Positions 8,219-16,977 of a stretch of 64,000 nucleotides of DNA are shown in pieces; positions within the stretch are counted from its first letter, which is position 1; each line of letters begins with the position of its first letter. The stretch spans positions 2,150,612 to 2,214,611 of the forward strand of contig OY282448.1 of assembly GCA_958296175.1 (NCBI GenBank). The letters are read 5' to 3'. A program made the translations under genes and the position numbers. Source of the DNA: an uncultured Chloroflexota bacterium. GTDB taxonomy: Bacteria > Chloroflexota > UBA11872. Under the pieces are notes generated by a model that had not been told where the DNA came from, made no database searches, and saw only the letters and a program-made list of their open reading frames with translations.

Positions 8219-10474
8219 ATGGAGCGCCTCGCGCCCAAGCTGCCCAAGCCGTCCGAGCCATCCAAGCCGCTCGAGCCGCCCAAGCCGTCCGAACCGCCCG
8301 AGGCGCAGCGCCCTACGTACGCCGAGGCGCGGCGCGCCTCGCCAGGCGCCGGCGCGGCGCCGAAACCAGCCGCGCGGAGGTCGGGCGCCGCGACCGGACC
8401 GCCGCCCCTCGCGCCCCGCAGCGTCGACGCGCCGGTGAGCGATCTGCCCGGCGTGGGCGGCGCCGCCGTGAAGCGGCTGGCAGCGCTGGACATTCAGACC
8501 GTCGACGACCTGCTGCGGCATCGCCCGCGGCGCTACATCGACCGCGCGTCGGTCGTGGCCATCGCGGACCTCGAGCCGGGACGCGAGGTCACGGTCATCG
8601 GAAACGTGGCTGAGATTCGCGCGCGCCAGTCGGTGTCCGGGCGCGTGCGCGTGATCGAAGCCGCCATCGCCGACGCCAGCGGCGCTCAGATTCTGGCGGT
8701 CTGGTTCAACCAGCCGTACCTGGCCGGGGCGCTGCGCGGCCGCCGCAACGTCGCCTTCGCCGGCCGTGTGGAAACGGGCGCGCACGGCCTGCAGTTCGTC
8801 AGCCCGGAATACGAGCTGGACCTGGGGCGCATGATCCACGCCGGGCGTCTGGTGCCCGTCTACCCGCTCACGCGCGGTCTCACGCAGCGCCAGCTGCGCA
8901 GATGGATGGCCGCGGCGGTGGACGACTACGCGGCGGCGGTGTCCGAAACGCTGCCGGACGAGCTGCGCGGCGCGCACCGGCTGCTCGCCGCCGCGGCGGC
9001 GGTTCGCAACCTCCACTTCCCCGTCGACGCCCAGGCCGCGGCGGCGGCGGCGCGGCGCTTCGCGTTTGCCGAGCTGCTGGTGTTCCAACTGGCGGTGCTG
9101 CAGCATCGCCGCACCTGGCGCGAGAGCCAGCCGGGCCGCGCGGTGGAGTTCCGGCGCGACGCGCTGGCGGCTTTTGGCGCGCGGCTGCCATTCACGCTCA
9201 CGGATGACCAGCGCACCTCCGCGGCCGAGATTCTGAGCGACCTGCGGCGCGACCGCCCCATGAGCCGCCTGCTGCAAGGCGACGTGGGGTCGGGGAAGAC
9301 CGTCGTGGCCGCAGGCGCGCTCTACGCGGTGGTGGACGCCGGCTGGCAGGGCGCCATGATGGCGCCCACGGAAGTGCTGGCCGAGCAGCACGCCGAAACC
9401 TTGCGCGGCCTGCTCCAGCCGCTTGGCGTGCGCGTCGAACTGATCACGGGCGGCGTGCCGGCGGCCGAAAAGCGCAAACGCTGGCGCGGCGTGGAACGCG
9501 GCGAGGTGCACGTGGTGGTCGGCACGCACGCCATCATCCAGCGCAGCGCGCGCTTCGCCCGCCTCAACCTGGCCGTCGTCGACGAGCAACACCGCTTTGG
9601 CGTGCGGCAGCGCGGGGAAATCCGCGCCAAGGGCTACAACCCCCACCTGCTGGCCATGTCGGCCACGCCCATCCCGCGCTCCCTGGCGCTCACGATCTAC
9701 GGCGACCTCGACGTCAGCGTGATCCGGCAACTGCCCCGCGGCCGCAAGCCCATCCACACCTCCTTCGTGCCGCGCAACCGCCGCAGCGACGCCTATGCGT
9801 TCATCCGGCGCGAGGTGGACGCCGGCCGCCAGGCGTTCATCGTGTTTCCGTTGGTCGAGGAGTCCGAGGCTCTCAACGCGCGCGCCGCCGTGGCCGAACA
9901 CGCGCGGCTGACGCGCACCGTCTTTGCGGATCTTGCCGACGCCGTGGGCCTGCTGCACGGGCGCATGAGCACCGCGGACAAGGAGCGCGCCATGCGCGCG
10001 TTCCGCGACGGGGAGCTGCGCCTGCTGGTCAGCACGGCGGTGGTGGAAGTCGGCGTCGACGTGCCCAACGCCACCGTCATCCTGATCGAAGGCGCGGAAC
10101 GGTTCGGCCTGGCGCAGCTGCACCAGCTGCGCGGGCGCGTCGGGCGCGGGCGCTGCCGTTCCTACTGCCTGCTGATGAGCCAGACCACCGACCCCGACGA
10201 GAACGCGCGGCTACGAACCCTGCAAACGGTGCGCGATGGGTTCGCGCTGGCGGAGCGCGACCTGGAGCTGCGCGGCCCGGGCGACGTCATCGGCACCCGG
10301 CAGAGCGGCGCGCTTGGCTTTCGCTTCGCCAGCGTCACCGACCTGCCCACCATCCAGGCGGCGCGCGCCGCCGCCCAGGCGCTGACGCGCGCCGACCCCC
10401 AGCTGGAGCGGCCCGAGCACGCGCCCCTGGCCGCCGAGGTGGAGCGGCTGCTGATCCGCAACGAGTGGAATTAG
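8219..10474 (+). CDS. recG: ATP-dependent DNA helicase RecG
   Basis: N-terminal LPGVGGAAVKRLAALDIQTVDDLLRHRPRRYIDR, Walker A LLQGDVGSGKT, helicase motifs through the C-terminus. Start uncertain: ATG 8219 gives a Pro/Ser/Glu-rich extension, alternative GTG 8435 gives ~680 aa, and the frame is open from 7952. Confidence 0.8.
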   Translation: MERLAPKLPKPSEPSKPLEPPKPSEPPEAQRPTYAEARRASPGAGAAPKPAARRSGAATGPPPLAPRSVDAPVSDLPGVGGAAVKRLAALDIQTVDDLLRHRPRRYIDRASVVAIADLEPGREVTVIGNVAEIRARQSVSGRVRVIEAAIADASGAQILAVWFNQPYLAGALRGRRNVAFAGRVETGAHGLQFVSPEYELDLGRMIHAGRLVPVYPLTRGLTQRQLRRWMAAAVDDYAAAVSETLPDELRGAHRLLAAAAAVRNLHFPVDAQAAAAAARRFAFAELLVFQLAVLQHRRTWRESQPGRAVEFRRDALAAFGARLPFTLTDDQRTSAAEILSDLRRDRPMSRLLQGDVGSGKTVVAAGALYAVVDAGWQGAMMAPTEVLAEQHAETLRGLLQPLGVRVELITGGVPAAEKRKRWRGVERGEVHVVVGTHAIIQRSARFARLNLAVVDEQHRFGVRQRGEIRAKGYNPHLLAMSATPIPRSLALTIYGDLDVSVIRQLPRGRKPIHTSFVPRNRRSDAYAFIRREVDAGRQAFIVFPLVEESEALNARAAVAEHARLTRTVFADLADAVGLLHGRMSTADKERAMRAFRDGELRLLVSTAVVEVGVDVPNATVILIEGAERFGLAQLHQLRGRVGRGRCRSYCLLMSQTTDPDENARLRTLQTVRDGFALAERDLELRGPGDVIGTRQSGALGFRFASVTDLPTIQAARAAAQALTRADPQLERPEHAPLAAEVERLLIRNEWN

Positions 10475-10599
10475 GCGCGGCGTGAACCTGGAGCCAGCAC
10501 GTCGGCCGACCGGTCACGCGCGGCGCCTGGCGCCGCGCGGCAGGTGCGGCGGCGAATCCGCGCATGCGCGAATCCGCACGGCGCGGAGGTAGTCCCAGC

Positions 10600-11190
10600 A
10601 TGGCGGCCCGCGGGCGCGGCGTGACGATTGCGGCGGGCGCGCACCGCGGGCGCCGCCTGCGCGTGTCCGCGGGCGTGCGTCCGACGACCGACCGCGTGCG
10701 CGCCGCCGTTTTCGACGCCCTGGGCGCGCCGCCCGCGCGCGTGCTCGACCTGTACGCCGGCTGCGGCGCCTATGGCATCGAGGCGCTCAGCCGCGGCGCC
10801 GACTACGCCTGCTTCGTCGAGCGCAGCCGCCGCGCCGCCGCCGCCATCGCCCACAATCTGGCCAGCCTGGGCCTGCACGACCGCGGCGTGGTGGTGGTTG
10901 GCGACGCGCAGCGCCCGGCCCGTGCCCGCGGCGGCCCCTTCGGCCTGGTCTTCGCCGACCCGCCCTACGCGCACGCCCCCTGGGCAACCCTCTTCGACGC
11001 CCTGGGCGCGCCGGGCCTGCTGGACCGCCGCGCGGTGCTGGTTGCGGAAACCGGCAGCCGCGCCGGTCCACCCGAACCGTCGGCTGGCTGGCTGCGCCGC
11101 AAGGAACGCCGCCACGGCGATACCGTCTTCACCATCTTCACCCGTCACAACGACGACGCCCCACGCCGCGAGGGCCAAGGGTCGGCGTAA
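10600..11190 (+). CDS. rsmD: 16S rRNA (guanine966-N2)-methyltransferase RsmD
   Basis: RPTTDRVRAAVFDAL...VLDLYAGCGAYGIEALSRGA...FADPPY; ORF-track start 10564, internal Met chosen; upstream of coaD. Confidence 0.8.
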   Translation: MAARGRGVTIAAGAHRGRRLRVSAGVRPTTDRVRAAVFDALGAPPARVLDLYAGCGAYGIEALSRGADYACFVERSRRAAAAIAHNLASLGLHDRGVVVVGDAQRPARARGGPFGLVFADPPYAHAPWATLFDALGAPGLLDRRAVLVAETGSRAGPPEPSAGWLRRKERRHGDTVFTIFTRHNDDAPRREGQGSA

Positions 11191-11254
11191 ACAGGCCGTC
11201 GGACCACCCCGCACCCCTGCCGCGCCGCCCGCGCAGAAAAGACAGGGGCGTACG

Positions 11255-11339
11255 GACGCGCCTGCGCGCACGTGGACGCTGCTCGACCGCACGCCCGGCA
11301 GCCGCCGTCGGGGCCGACGCGCCTGCGCGCACGTGGACG
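11255..11339. repeat. Two perfect 24-bp direct repeats (GACGCGCCTGCGCGCACGTGGACG) spaced 61 bp apart upstream of coaD
   Basis: Identical 24-mers at ~11255-11278 and ~11316-11339 in the 300-bp rsmD/coaD intergenic region; each contains a CACGTG palindrome. Confidence 0.6.
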
Positions 11340-11492
11340 ATGCGCATCCTGCGCATATCCTTTTCTCCGCACGCCGCGCATCCCGCCGCATCCCGCCGCG
11401 GCCTTGCGTGGGCTTCGGGCGTCCTCGGCGCGTCGTCGATTCACGACCCGAATCGCCGCTATACTGACTGCGACTTCGCCGGAGGATCGGCG

Positions 11493-11984
11493 ATGCGCGC
11501 ACTGTTCCCGGCCACGTTCGACCCGGTGACCAACGGTCACATGGATATACTGGCGCGTGCGTCCAGCGTCTTCGACAGCGTGGTGGCCGGAGTATTCGAA
11601 AGCGATCGCGAGGACACGCTGTTCACTGCGGCCGAACGCGAGGAGCTGCTGGGCGTGGCCGTTGCGCACCTGCCCAACGTCGAAGCCTGCACCTACTCGG
11701 GGCTGACCGTGGACTTCGCGCGTCAGATCGACGCGCGCGTGCTGGTTCGCGGGCTGCGGGCCGTGTCGGACTTCGAGTATGAATTCGCGCTCTCGGCCAT
11801 GAACCGGCGGTTGCACCCCGACGTTGACACCATGTTCTTCCTGTCCGCGCCCGAGCACGCGTTCGTCAGCTCGTCGCTCATTCGCGAGATCGGTGCGCTT
11901 GGCCGCTCCGTCGCCCCCTTTGTCCCAGCAAACGTGGCCGCGGCAATCGGATCGAAGTTTGCTCCCCGTACAGAGCGGAGGTAG
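11493..11984 (+). CDS. coaD: Phosphopantetheine adenylyltransferase
   Basis: MRALFPATFDPVTNGHMDIL (T/HxGH nucleotidyltransferase motif), ~163 aa. Internal Met of the 11340 ORF; preceded by GGAGGA and a TATACT -10-like hexamer. Confidence 0.9.
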   Translation: MRALFPATFDPVTNGHMDILARASSVFDSVVAGVFESDREDTLFTAAEREELLGVAVAHLPNVEACTYSGLTVDFARQIDARVLVRGLRAVSDFEYEFALSAMNRRLHPDVDTMFFLSAPEHAFVSSSLIREIGALGRSVAPFVPANVAAAIGSKFAPRTERR

Positions 11985-12046
11985 ACGCTATCAATCTCAT
12001 CAACCTCATCGAGCGTCTCGAAGCCCTGGTTGCCAGCGCCCAACGC

Positions 12047-12472
12047 GTGCCGCTCATGCGCAAAATTGTCGTGGAAGAGCGCGCCCTGCTCGAGATCGTG
12101 GACGAAATGCGCATCAGCATCCCCGAAGAGGTGCGCGAGGCGCGCCGCGTTCTGCGCGCCCGCGAGCAAATCCCCCAGTCCGCCCAGATGGAAGCCGAGC
12201 GCATCTTGCAGGAAGCGCGCGACCAGGCCGAGCTGATGCTCCGCGACGAGGAAATCGTCAAGCAGGCCGACGAACGCGCCGAGCAGGTGGTCCACGAGGC
12301 GGAAGAACGCGCCGAGGCCTCCCGCGAGGAAATGGACATCTACGCGCTGAACATGCTCAACGACCTGGAGCAGCGCCTGGAGTCGCACCTCAGCAGCATT
12401 CGCCGCGGAGTGGCTGCGTTGGACGGTGAACCCGTCGCGGCGGGCGACGTCGACGAAGACGACCGCGCCTAG
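12047..12472 (+). CDS. Hypothetical charged coiled-coil protein (Glu/Arg/Ala-rich, ~140 aa)
   Basis: ORF occupying the conserved slot between coaD and yceD; predicted all-helical and low complexity. No good RBS or canonical start (GTG 12047 or ATG 12056). Confidence 0.45.
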   Translation: MPLMRKIVVEERALLEIVDEMRISIPEEVREARRVLRAREQIPQSAQMEAERILQEARDQAELMLRDEEIVKQADERAEQVVHEAEERAEASREEMDIYALNMLNDLEQRLESHLSSIRRGVAALDGEPVAAGDVDEDDRA

Positions 12473-12522
12473 CCCGGGCCGCTGCCCGCAGGCTGCCCGC
12501 CGGCCGAGCCTCGAGGTTTTCC

Positions 12523-13044
12523 GTGGCTGATTTCGTCTTCAACGTCGCGCGGCTGCTGGCCCAGACGTCTGGCGCCCGCCGCACGGTGGACGTCGACGCT
12601 CCCGCCCGCGTGCTGGACGTCCCGGAAGTCCAGGGCAGCGTCTGCGGCCGGGCGCTCCTGACCCGCCTGGACGTTGGCGTGCTGGTGACCGGGCGCATGC
12701 GCGCGCAGGTCTGCGTTCCCTGCGACCGCTGCACGGACGACGTGCGGCGCGAACTCGTCTTCGAGCTGGACGACCAGTTCGTGCCGCGCCTCGCCTTGGC
12801 CAGCGGCGGCGTGATCGACCCGGGCGACCGCTGGCAACTCGACCCCGGCCACAACCTCGACCTGTCGCAGGTGCTGGCCGAAGGCGTCATCAGCGCTATC
12901 CCGCCGCGGCTGGTGTGCGCGGACGGCTGCGAGCTGCCAGACGTGCGCGCGCCGGCGCAGGGGCCGCCGCTCGACCCGCGCCTTGCCCAGCTGGAGCGAT
13001 TGCGCCGCAAAATGTTTCCAGACGACGCCGTATCTCATGGATAA
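12523..13044 (+). CDS. yceD: YceD/DUF177 family protein
   Basis: C-terminal Cys pairs (VCGRA...CVPCDRCTDD...CADGCE) and the conserved position immediately upstream of rpmF. Confidence 0.8.
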   Translation: MADFVFNVARLLAQTSGARRTVDVDAPARVLDVPEVQGSVCGRALLTRLDVGVLVTGRMRAQVCVPCDRCTDDVRRELVFELDDQFVPRLALASGGVIDPGDRWQLDPGHNLDLSQVLAEGVISAIPPRLVCADGCELPDVRAPAQGPPLDPRLAQLERLRRKMFPDDAVSHG

Positions 13045-13050
13045 TGGGCT

Positions 13051-13248
13051 ATGCCATTACCAAAGCGCCGTCTGACACGGTCACGCTCCCGCGCGCGCCG
13101 TCACGCCGTTCGTCTGCGCTCGCCGAATCTCGGTCGCTGCCCAACCTGCCAGCATCTGGCGGCCAGCCATCAGGTGTGCCCCGTGTGCGGCAACTATCGG
13201 GGCAACCTCGTGTTCGAGCCCTCAGACCAGGCAGTCAAGTACCGATAG
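13051..13248 (+). CDS. rpmF: 50S ribosomal protein L32
   Basis: MPLPKRRLTRSRSRARRHA...CPTCQH...CPVCGNYRG matches the L32 pattern. Confidence 0.9.
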   Translation: MPLPKRRLTRSRSRARRHAVRLRSPNLGRCPTCQHLAASHQVCPVCGNYRGNLVFEPSDQAVKYR

Positions 13249-13272
13249 CGGAGCGCCGCCGCCGCGAACGCC

Positions 13273-14268
13273 ATGACCGGTGACCGCGAACGCGCGGCGT
13301 TCGTCTTTCCGGGGCAAGGCTCGCAAGCGCCGGGCATGGGCCGCGCGTTGTTCCAGGCCTCCCCTGCGGCGCGCGCCGTCTGGCAAGCCGCGGACCGCAG
13401 CTACGGCAGTGCGCTCAGTGCGCTGGTCTTCGAGGGTGGTGAGGACGACCTGCGGCCGACCTCCGTCCAGCAGCCGGCCATCGCGGCAACGTCGCTTGCC
13501 GCCTTCGCCGCTTTCAACGAAGCTCTGGGCGTCGACGGCGCGGCGGTCGGGCCGGAGTATCCAATCGACGTTGCGGCGCTGGCCGGCCACAGCGTGGGCC
13601 TGGTGTCCGCCGTGGTTGCGGCCGGCGCCGCAACGGTCGGCGAAGCCGTGGCGCTGGTGCGCGACCGCGGGCGCTTGATGGCCGCCGCCGCGGCCGAGCT
13701 GCCGGGCCGCATGGCCGCCGTGCTGGGGATGGACGAAGACGCCGTGGAGGCGTTGGCCAGCCGCATCCGCGCGCAGATTCCCGGCAGCTATCTGGCCGCC
13801 GCCAACATCAACGCGCCCGGCCAGGTGGTGGTGGCCGGCGACCTGCTCGCTGTCGACCGCCTCGTGCGCGAGGGCCGCGCCGCCGGCGCCCGCCGTGTGG
13901 TTCCCCTGAACGTCAGCGGCGCGTTTCACTCCGTGGCCATGCTGCCGGTGCGCGAGGCCCTGCGCGAACGTCTGCTGGCCGTGGGGATCGACCCGCCGGC
14001 GGCGCCGATCGTGAGCAACGTGGACGCCGCCTTGCTCAGCGACCCGGCCGACATTCGCGCAGAGCTTGCCGACCACGTCGCCGCCCCCGTGCGCTGGCTC
14101 GACGGCGTGCGCGCGCTTGCGGCGCTGGGTGTGCGGCATATCGTGGAGTTTGGACATGGCTCGGTTCTGGTCGGCATGCTGCGGCGCACGGTGAAGGGAA
14201 TGCAGCTGTACAACGTCAATGATGCGGCCTCGGCCCGCGCAACGGCTTCGGCGCTGACGCATGGCTGA
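13273..14268 (+). CDS. fabD: Malonyl CoA-acyl carrier protein transacylase
   Basis: FVFPGQGSQAPGMG and active-site GHSVGLVSA motifs. Confidence 0.9.
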   Translation: MTGDRERAAFVFPGQGSQAPGMGRALFQASPAARAVWQAADRSYGSALSALVFEGGEDDLRPTSVQQPAIAATSLAAFAAFNEALGVDGAAVGPEYPIDVAALAGHSVGLVSAVVAAGAATVGEAVALVRDRGRLMAAAAAELPGRMAAVLGMDEDAVEALASRIRAQIPGSYLAAANINAPGQVVVAGDLLAVDRLVREGRAAGARRVVPLNVSGAFHSVAMLPVREALRERLLAVGIDPPAAPIVSNVDAALLSDPADIRAELADHVAAPVRWLDGVRALAALGVRHIVEFGHGSVLVGMLRRTVKGMQLYNVNDAASARATASALTHG

Positions 14269-15019
14269 CGGCAGGCGCTTGGAAGGCGCGCGGGTGCTGC
14301 TGACCGGCGCGTCCGGCGCCCTGGGGCAAGCGTTTGCGCGCCGGCTGGCCGCCGAAGGCGCCCGGCTGGCCTTGCACTACCACGCCAACGCCGCCAAGGC
14401 CGAGGCGCTGGCCGACGCTATCCGCGCCGACGGCCGCGCCGCCGTGCTGCTGCGCGCCGACCTGTCCACGATCGACGGCGCAACGGGCGTGGTGGATCAG
14501 GCGCAGGACGCCCTGGGCGGGCTGGACGTGCTGATCAACAACGCCGGCATCACGCGCGACGCGCTGCTGCTGCGCATGTCCGACCAGCAATGGGACGAAG
14601 TGATGAACACCAACCTGCGCTCGGCGTTCGTGTGCTCGCGCCGCGCGCTGCGCCAGATGGTCCGCCAGCGCCACGGGCGCATCATCAACATCGCCTCCGT
14701 GGCAGGGCTGGTCGGCAATCCGGGTCAGACCAACTACGCCGCGGCCAAGGCCGGCCTGGTGGGGTTCACCAAGGCGCTGGCGCGCGAAGTGTGCAGCCGC
14801 GGGATCACCGTCAACGCCGTGGCGCCCGGCTTCGTCACCTCGCCGCTGACCGACGCCATTCCTGCCAACCTGCGGCGCGAGGCGCTGCGCACCATCCCCC
14901 TGGGCCGCTTCGCCGAGCCGGAGGAAATCGCCGGCGCGGTGGCGTTTCTGGCGTCCGACGACGCCGTCTACGTCACGGGCCACGTGCTCACCGTGGACGG
15001 CGGCATCTCGATGGACTGA
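14261..15019 (+). CDS. fabG: 3-oxoacyl-[ACP] reductase
   Basis: SDR Rossmann motif LTGASGALG, NNAGI, catalytic YAAAKAG; follows fabD. Confidence 0.9.
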   Translation: MADGRRLEGARVLLTGASGALGQAFARRLAAEGARLALHYHANAAKAEALADAIRADGRAAVLLRADLSTIDGATGVVDQAQDALGGLDVLINNAGITRDALLLRMSDQQWDEVMNTNLRSAFVCSRRALRQMVRQRHGRIINIASVAGLVGNPGQTNYAAAKAGLVGFTKALAREVCSRGITVNAVAPGFVTSPLTDAIPANLRREALRTIPLGRFAEPEEIAGAVAFLASDDAVYVTGHVLTVDGGISMD

Positions 15020-15022
15020 GCC

Positions 15023-16381
15023 GTGTTCGAGCGCGTGCTGGTTGCCAATCGAGGCGAGATGGCCATCCGCATCATCCGCGCCTGCCGCGACCTGGGCGTC
15101 CGCACCGTGGTGGTCTACTCGGAAGCCGACGCCGACGCGCTGCCCGTGCGGCTGGCGGACGAAGCCGTGTGCATCGGGCCGGCCCCAGCCGCGGCCAGCT
15201 ATTTGAACGTGCCCCACATCATCGCGGCCGGATTGAACACGGGCTGCGACGCCGTGCACCCTGGCGCCGGGTTCCTGGCCGAAAACGCCTACTTTGCCGA
15301 AGCCTGCGAGCGCTACCGCATCACCTTCATCGGACCCTCGCCGGACAATATCCGCCGCATGGGCGACAAGACCCGCGCGCGCCAGGCGGCGCTGGCCGCT
15401 GGCCTGTCCGTCATTCCCGGCTCCGACGGCCCCGTGGCCGACGTCAACGAGGCCAAAGACGTCGCGCGCGGCATCGGGTTTCCGGTCATGCTCAAGGCGG
15501 CGGCCGGCGGCGGCGGACGCGGCATTCGGCGCATTCGCGGCGCCGACGACCTCATCACACTCTTTCCACTCGCCCAGGCCGAAGCCCGCAGCTCGTTCGG
15601 CAACGCCGACCTCTACGTCGAAAAGCTCATCGAGCCTTCGCGCCACGTGGAAGTGCAGGTGCTGGGCGACGGATCCAGCGTCGTGCACCTCGGCCATCGG
15701 GAATGCTCGATCCAGCGCCGCTTCCAGAAGCTCGTGGAAGAAGCGCCGGCGCCCAGTCTGGAGGGACGGCGCGGCGACCGCGTGGCGCGCTCCGCCGTGC
15801 GTCTGGCCGACTCGATCGGCTATCTCGGCGCGGGCACCGTCGAGTTCCTGCTGGACGCCCAGGACCACGCCTACTTCATCGAAGCCAACACGCGCATCCA
15901 GGTCGAGCATCCCGCCACGGAGGCCGTCACCGGCGTCGACGTCGTGAAGGAACAGCTCGCTATCGCCGCCGGGGAACCATCCGGTCTGCGTCAGCGCGAT
16001 ATTGCAACCAGCGGCCACGCCATCGAGTTCCGTCTACTGGCCGAAGACCCCGAGCGCGACTTCCGCCCCGACGCCGGCGTCATCAGCGGCCTGAACCTGC
16101 CCGGCGGCCCCGGCGTGCGCGTGGACACCCACGTGTTCGCGGGGTACGAAGTCCCGCCGTTCTACGACTCGCTGCTGGCCAAGCTGATCGTGTTTGGCGC
16201 CACCCGCGAGGAGGCCATCCGCCGCGCGCGCCGCGCGCTGGCCGAAACCTCCATCGACGGGGTGTCCACCAACGTGGACCTGCACCGCGCGGTCTTGGAC
16301 GACCCGCGGTTCCTGGCCGCCGAGTACGACCTGGACTACGTGACCGCGACGCCGGCGCCCGCCGCGGAGCCGGCGCACTAG
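15023..16381 (+). CDS. accC: Biotin carboxylase subunit of acetyl-CoA carboxylase
   Basis: N-terminus MFERVLVANRGEMAIRIIRACRDLG and ATP-grasp core. Confidence 0.9.
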   Translation: MFERVLVANRGEMAIRIIRACRDLGVRTVVVYSEADADALPVRLADEAVCIGPAPAAASYLNVPHIIAAGLNTGCDAVHPGAGFLAENAYFAEACERYRITFIGPSPDNIRRMGDKTRARQAALAAGLSVIPGSDGPVADVNEAKDVARGIGFPVMLKAAAGGGGRGIRRIRGADDLITLFPLAQAEARSSFGNADLYVEKLIEPSRHVEVQVLGDGSSVVHLGHRECSIQRRFQKLVEEAPAPSLEGRRGDRVARSAVRLADSIGYLGAGTVEFLLDAQDHAYFIEANTRIQVEHPATEAVTGVDVVKEQLAIAAGEPSGLRQRDIATSGHAIEFRLLAEDPERDFRPDAGVISGLNLPGGPGVRVDTHVFAGYEVPPFYDSLLAKLIVFGATREEAIRRARRALAETSIDGVSTNVDLHRAVLDDPRFLAAEYDLDYVTATPAPAAEPAH

Positions 16382-16385
16382 GCCA

Positions 16386-16823
16386 ATGGCCGCACGAACG
16401 CGCCGCGGCCGCCGGCTGGCGCGCGAAACGGCCGTGCGCCTGATCTACGAGTCCGACTTCACCGCGCGCGCCGCCGTGGAGCTGCTGGACGCGCGCCGCG
16501 GCGAACTGCACCTCGATGCAAAGACGCTGGCCTACGTGCGCGCGCTCGTGGAGGCCGTGGCCGACAACCGCGCCGACCTGGACGCCGTGATCGGCGCGCT
16601 CACTCCGGCGCGGCCGGTCGACCAGATGGCCCGCCTGGACATTGCCATCCTGCGCATCGCCCTCACCGAGATCGACGCCGGCGACGTGCCCATCGCCGTG
16701 GCGATCAACGAAGCCGTCGAACTCGCCAAACGCTACTGTGCCGAAGGCGCCGTACGCATGATCAACGGCGCGCTAGGATCGTATGTCCGTCAGCGAACCG
16801 CCGCCGCCGAACCCGGCCGCTAA
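16386..16823 (+). CDS. nusB: Transcription antitermination factor NusB
   Basis: ~145 aa NusB fold (RRLARETAVRLIYESDF...); accC-nusB adjacency as in Firmicutes-type operons. Confidence 0.85.
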   Translation: MAARTRRGRRLARETAVRLIYESDFTARAAVELLDARRGELHLDAKTLAYVRALVEAVADNRADLDAVIGALTPARPVDQMARLDIAILRIALTEIDAGDVPIAVAINEAVELAKRYCAEGAVRMINGALGSYVRQRTAAAEPGR

Positions 16824-16977
16824 TCCACCGCCATGTTTGACCGCGCCCAGACGCCGCCGGCCGCGCCCGCTCGGCATGCCCGCGGCGTTGGGAACCCGCG
16901 CGCCGCCGCGGCCGACCCCCGCCCGCTGTCCGCCGCGCCCCCGGCAGGCCTGCGCCGGCGGGAGGCGTTAGCCCGCC

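Noticed and set aside
6368-10123. 1251-aa minus-strand ORF (and similar giants: 1606..3519 -, 34211..36793 +, 45882..49289 +, 52897..56640 -, 18020..19822 -, 22872..23876 +)
   Set aside because: They are antisense to genes with clear homology-type signatures (yloV/recG, def/fmt, nuoG/nuoD, serS/lysS, ggt/speE-like, rluD, fabH). Their translations are Arg/Ala/Gly-rich low complexity typical of chance open frames in ~70% GC DNA.
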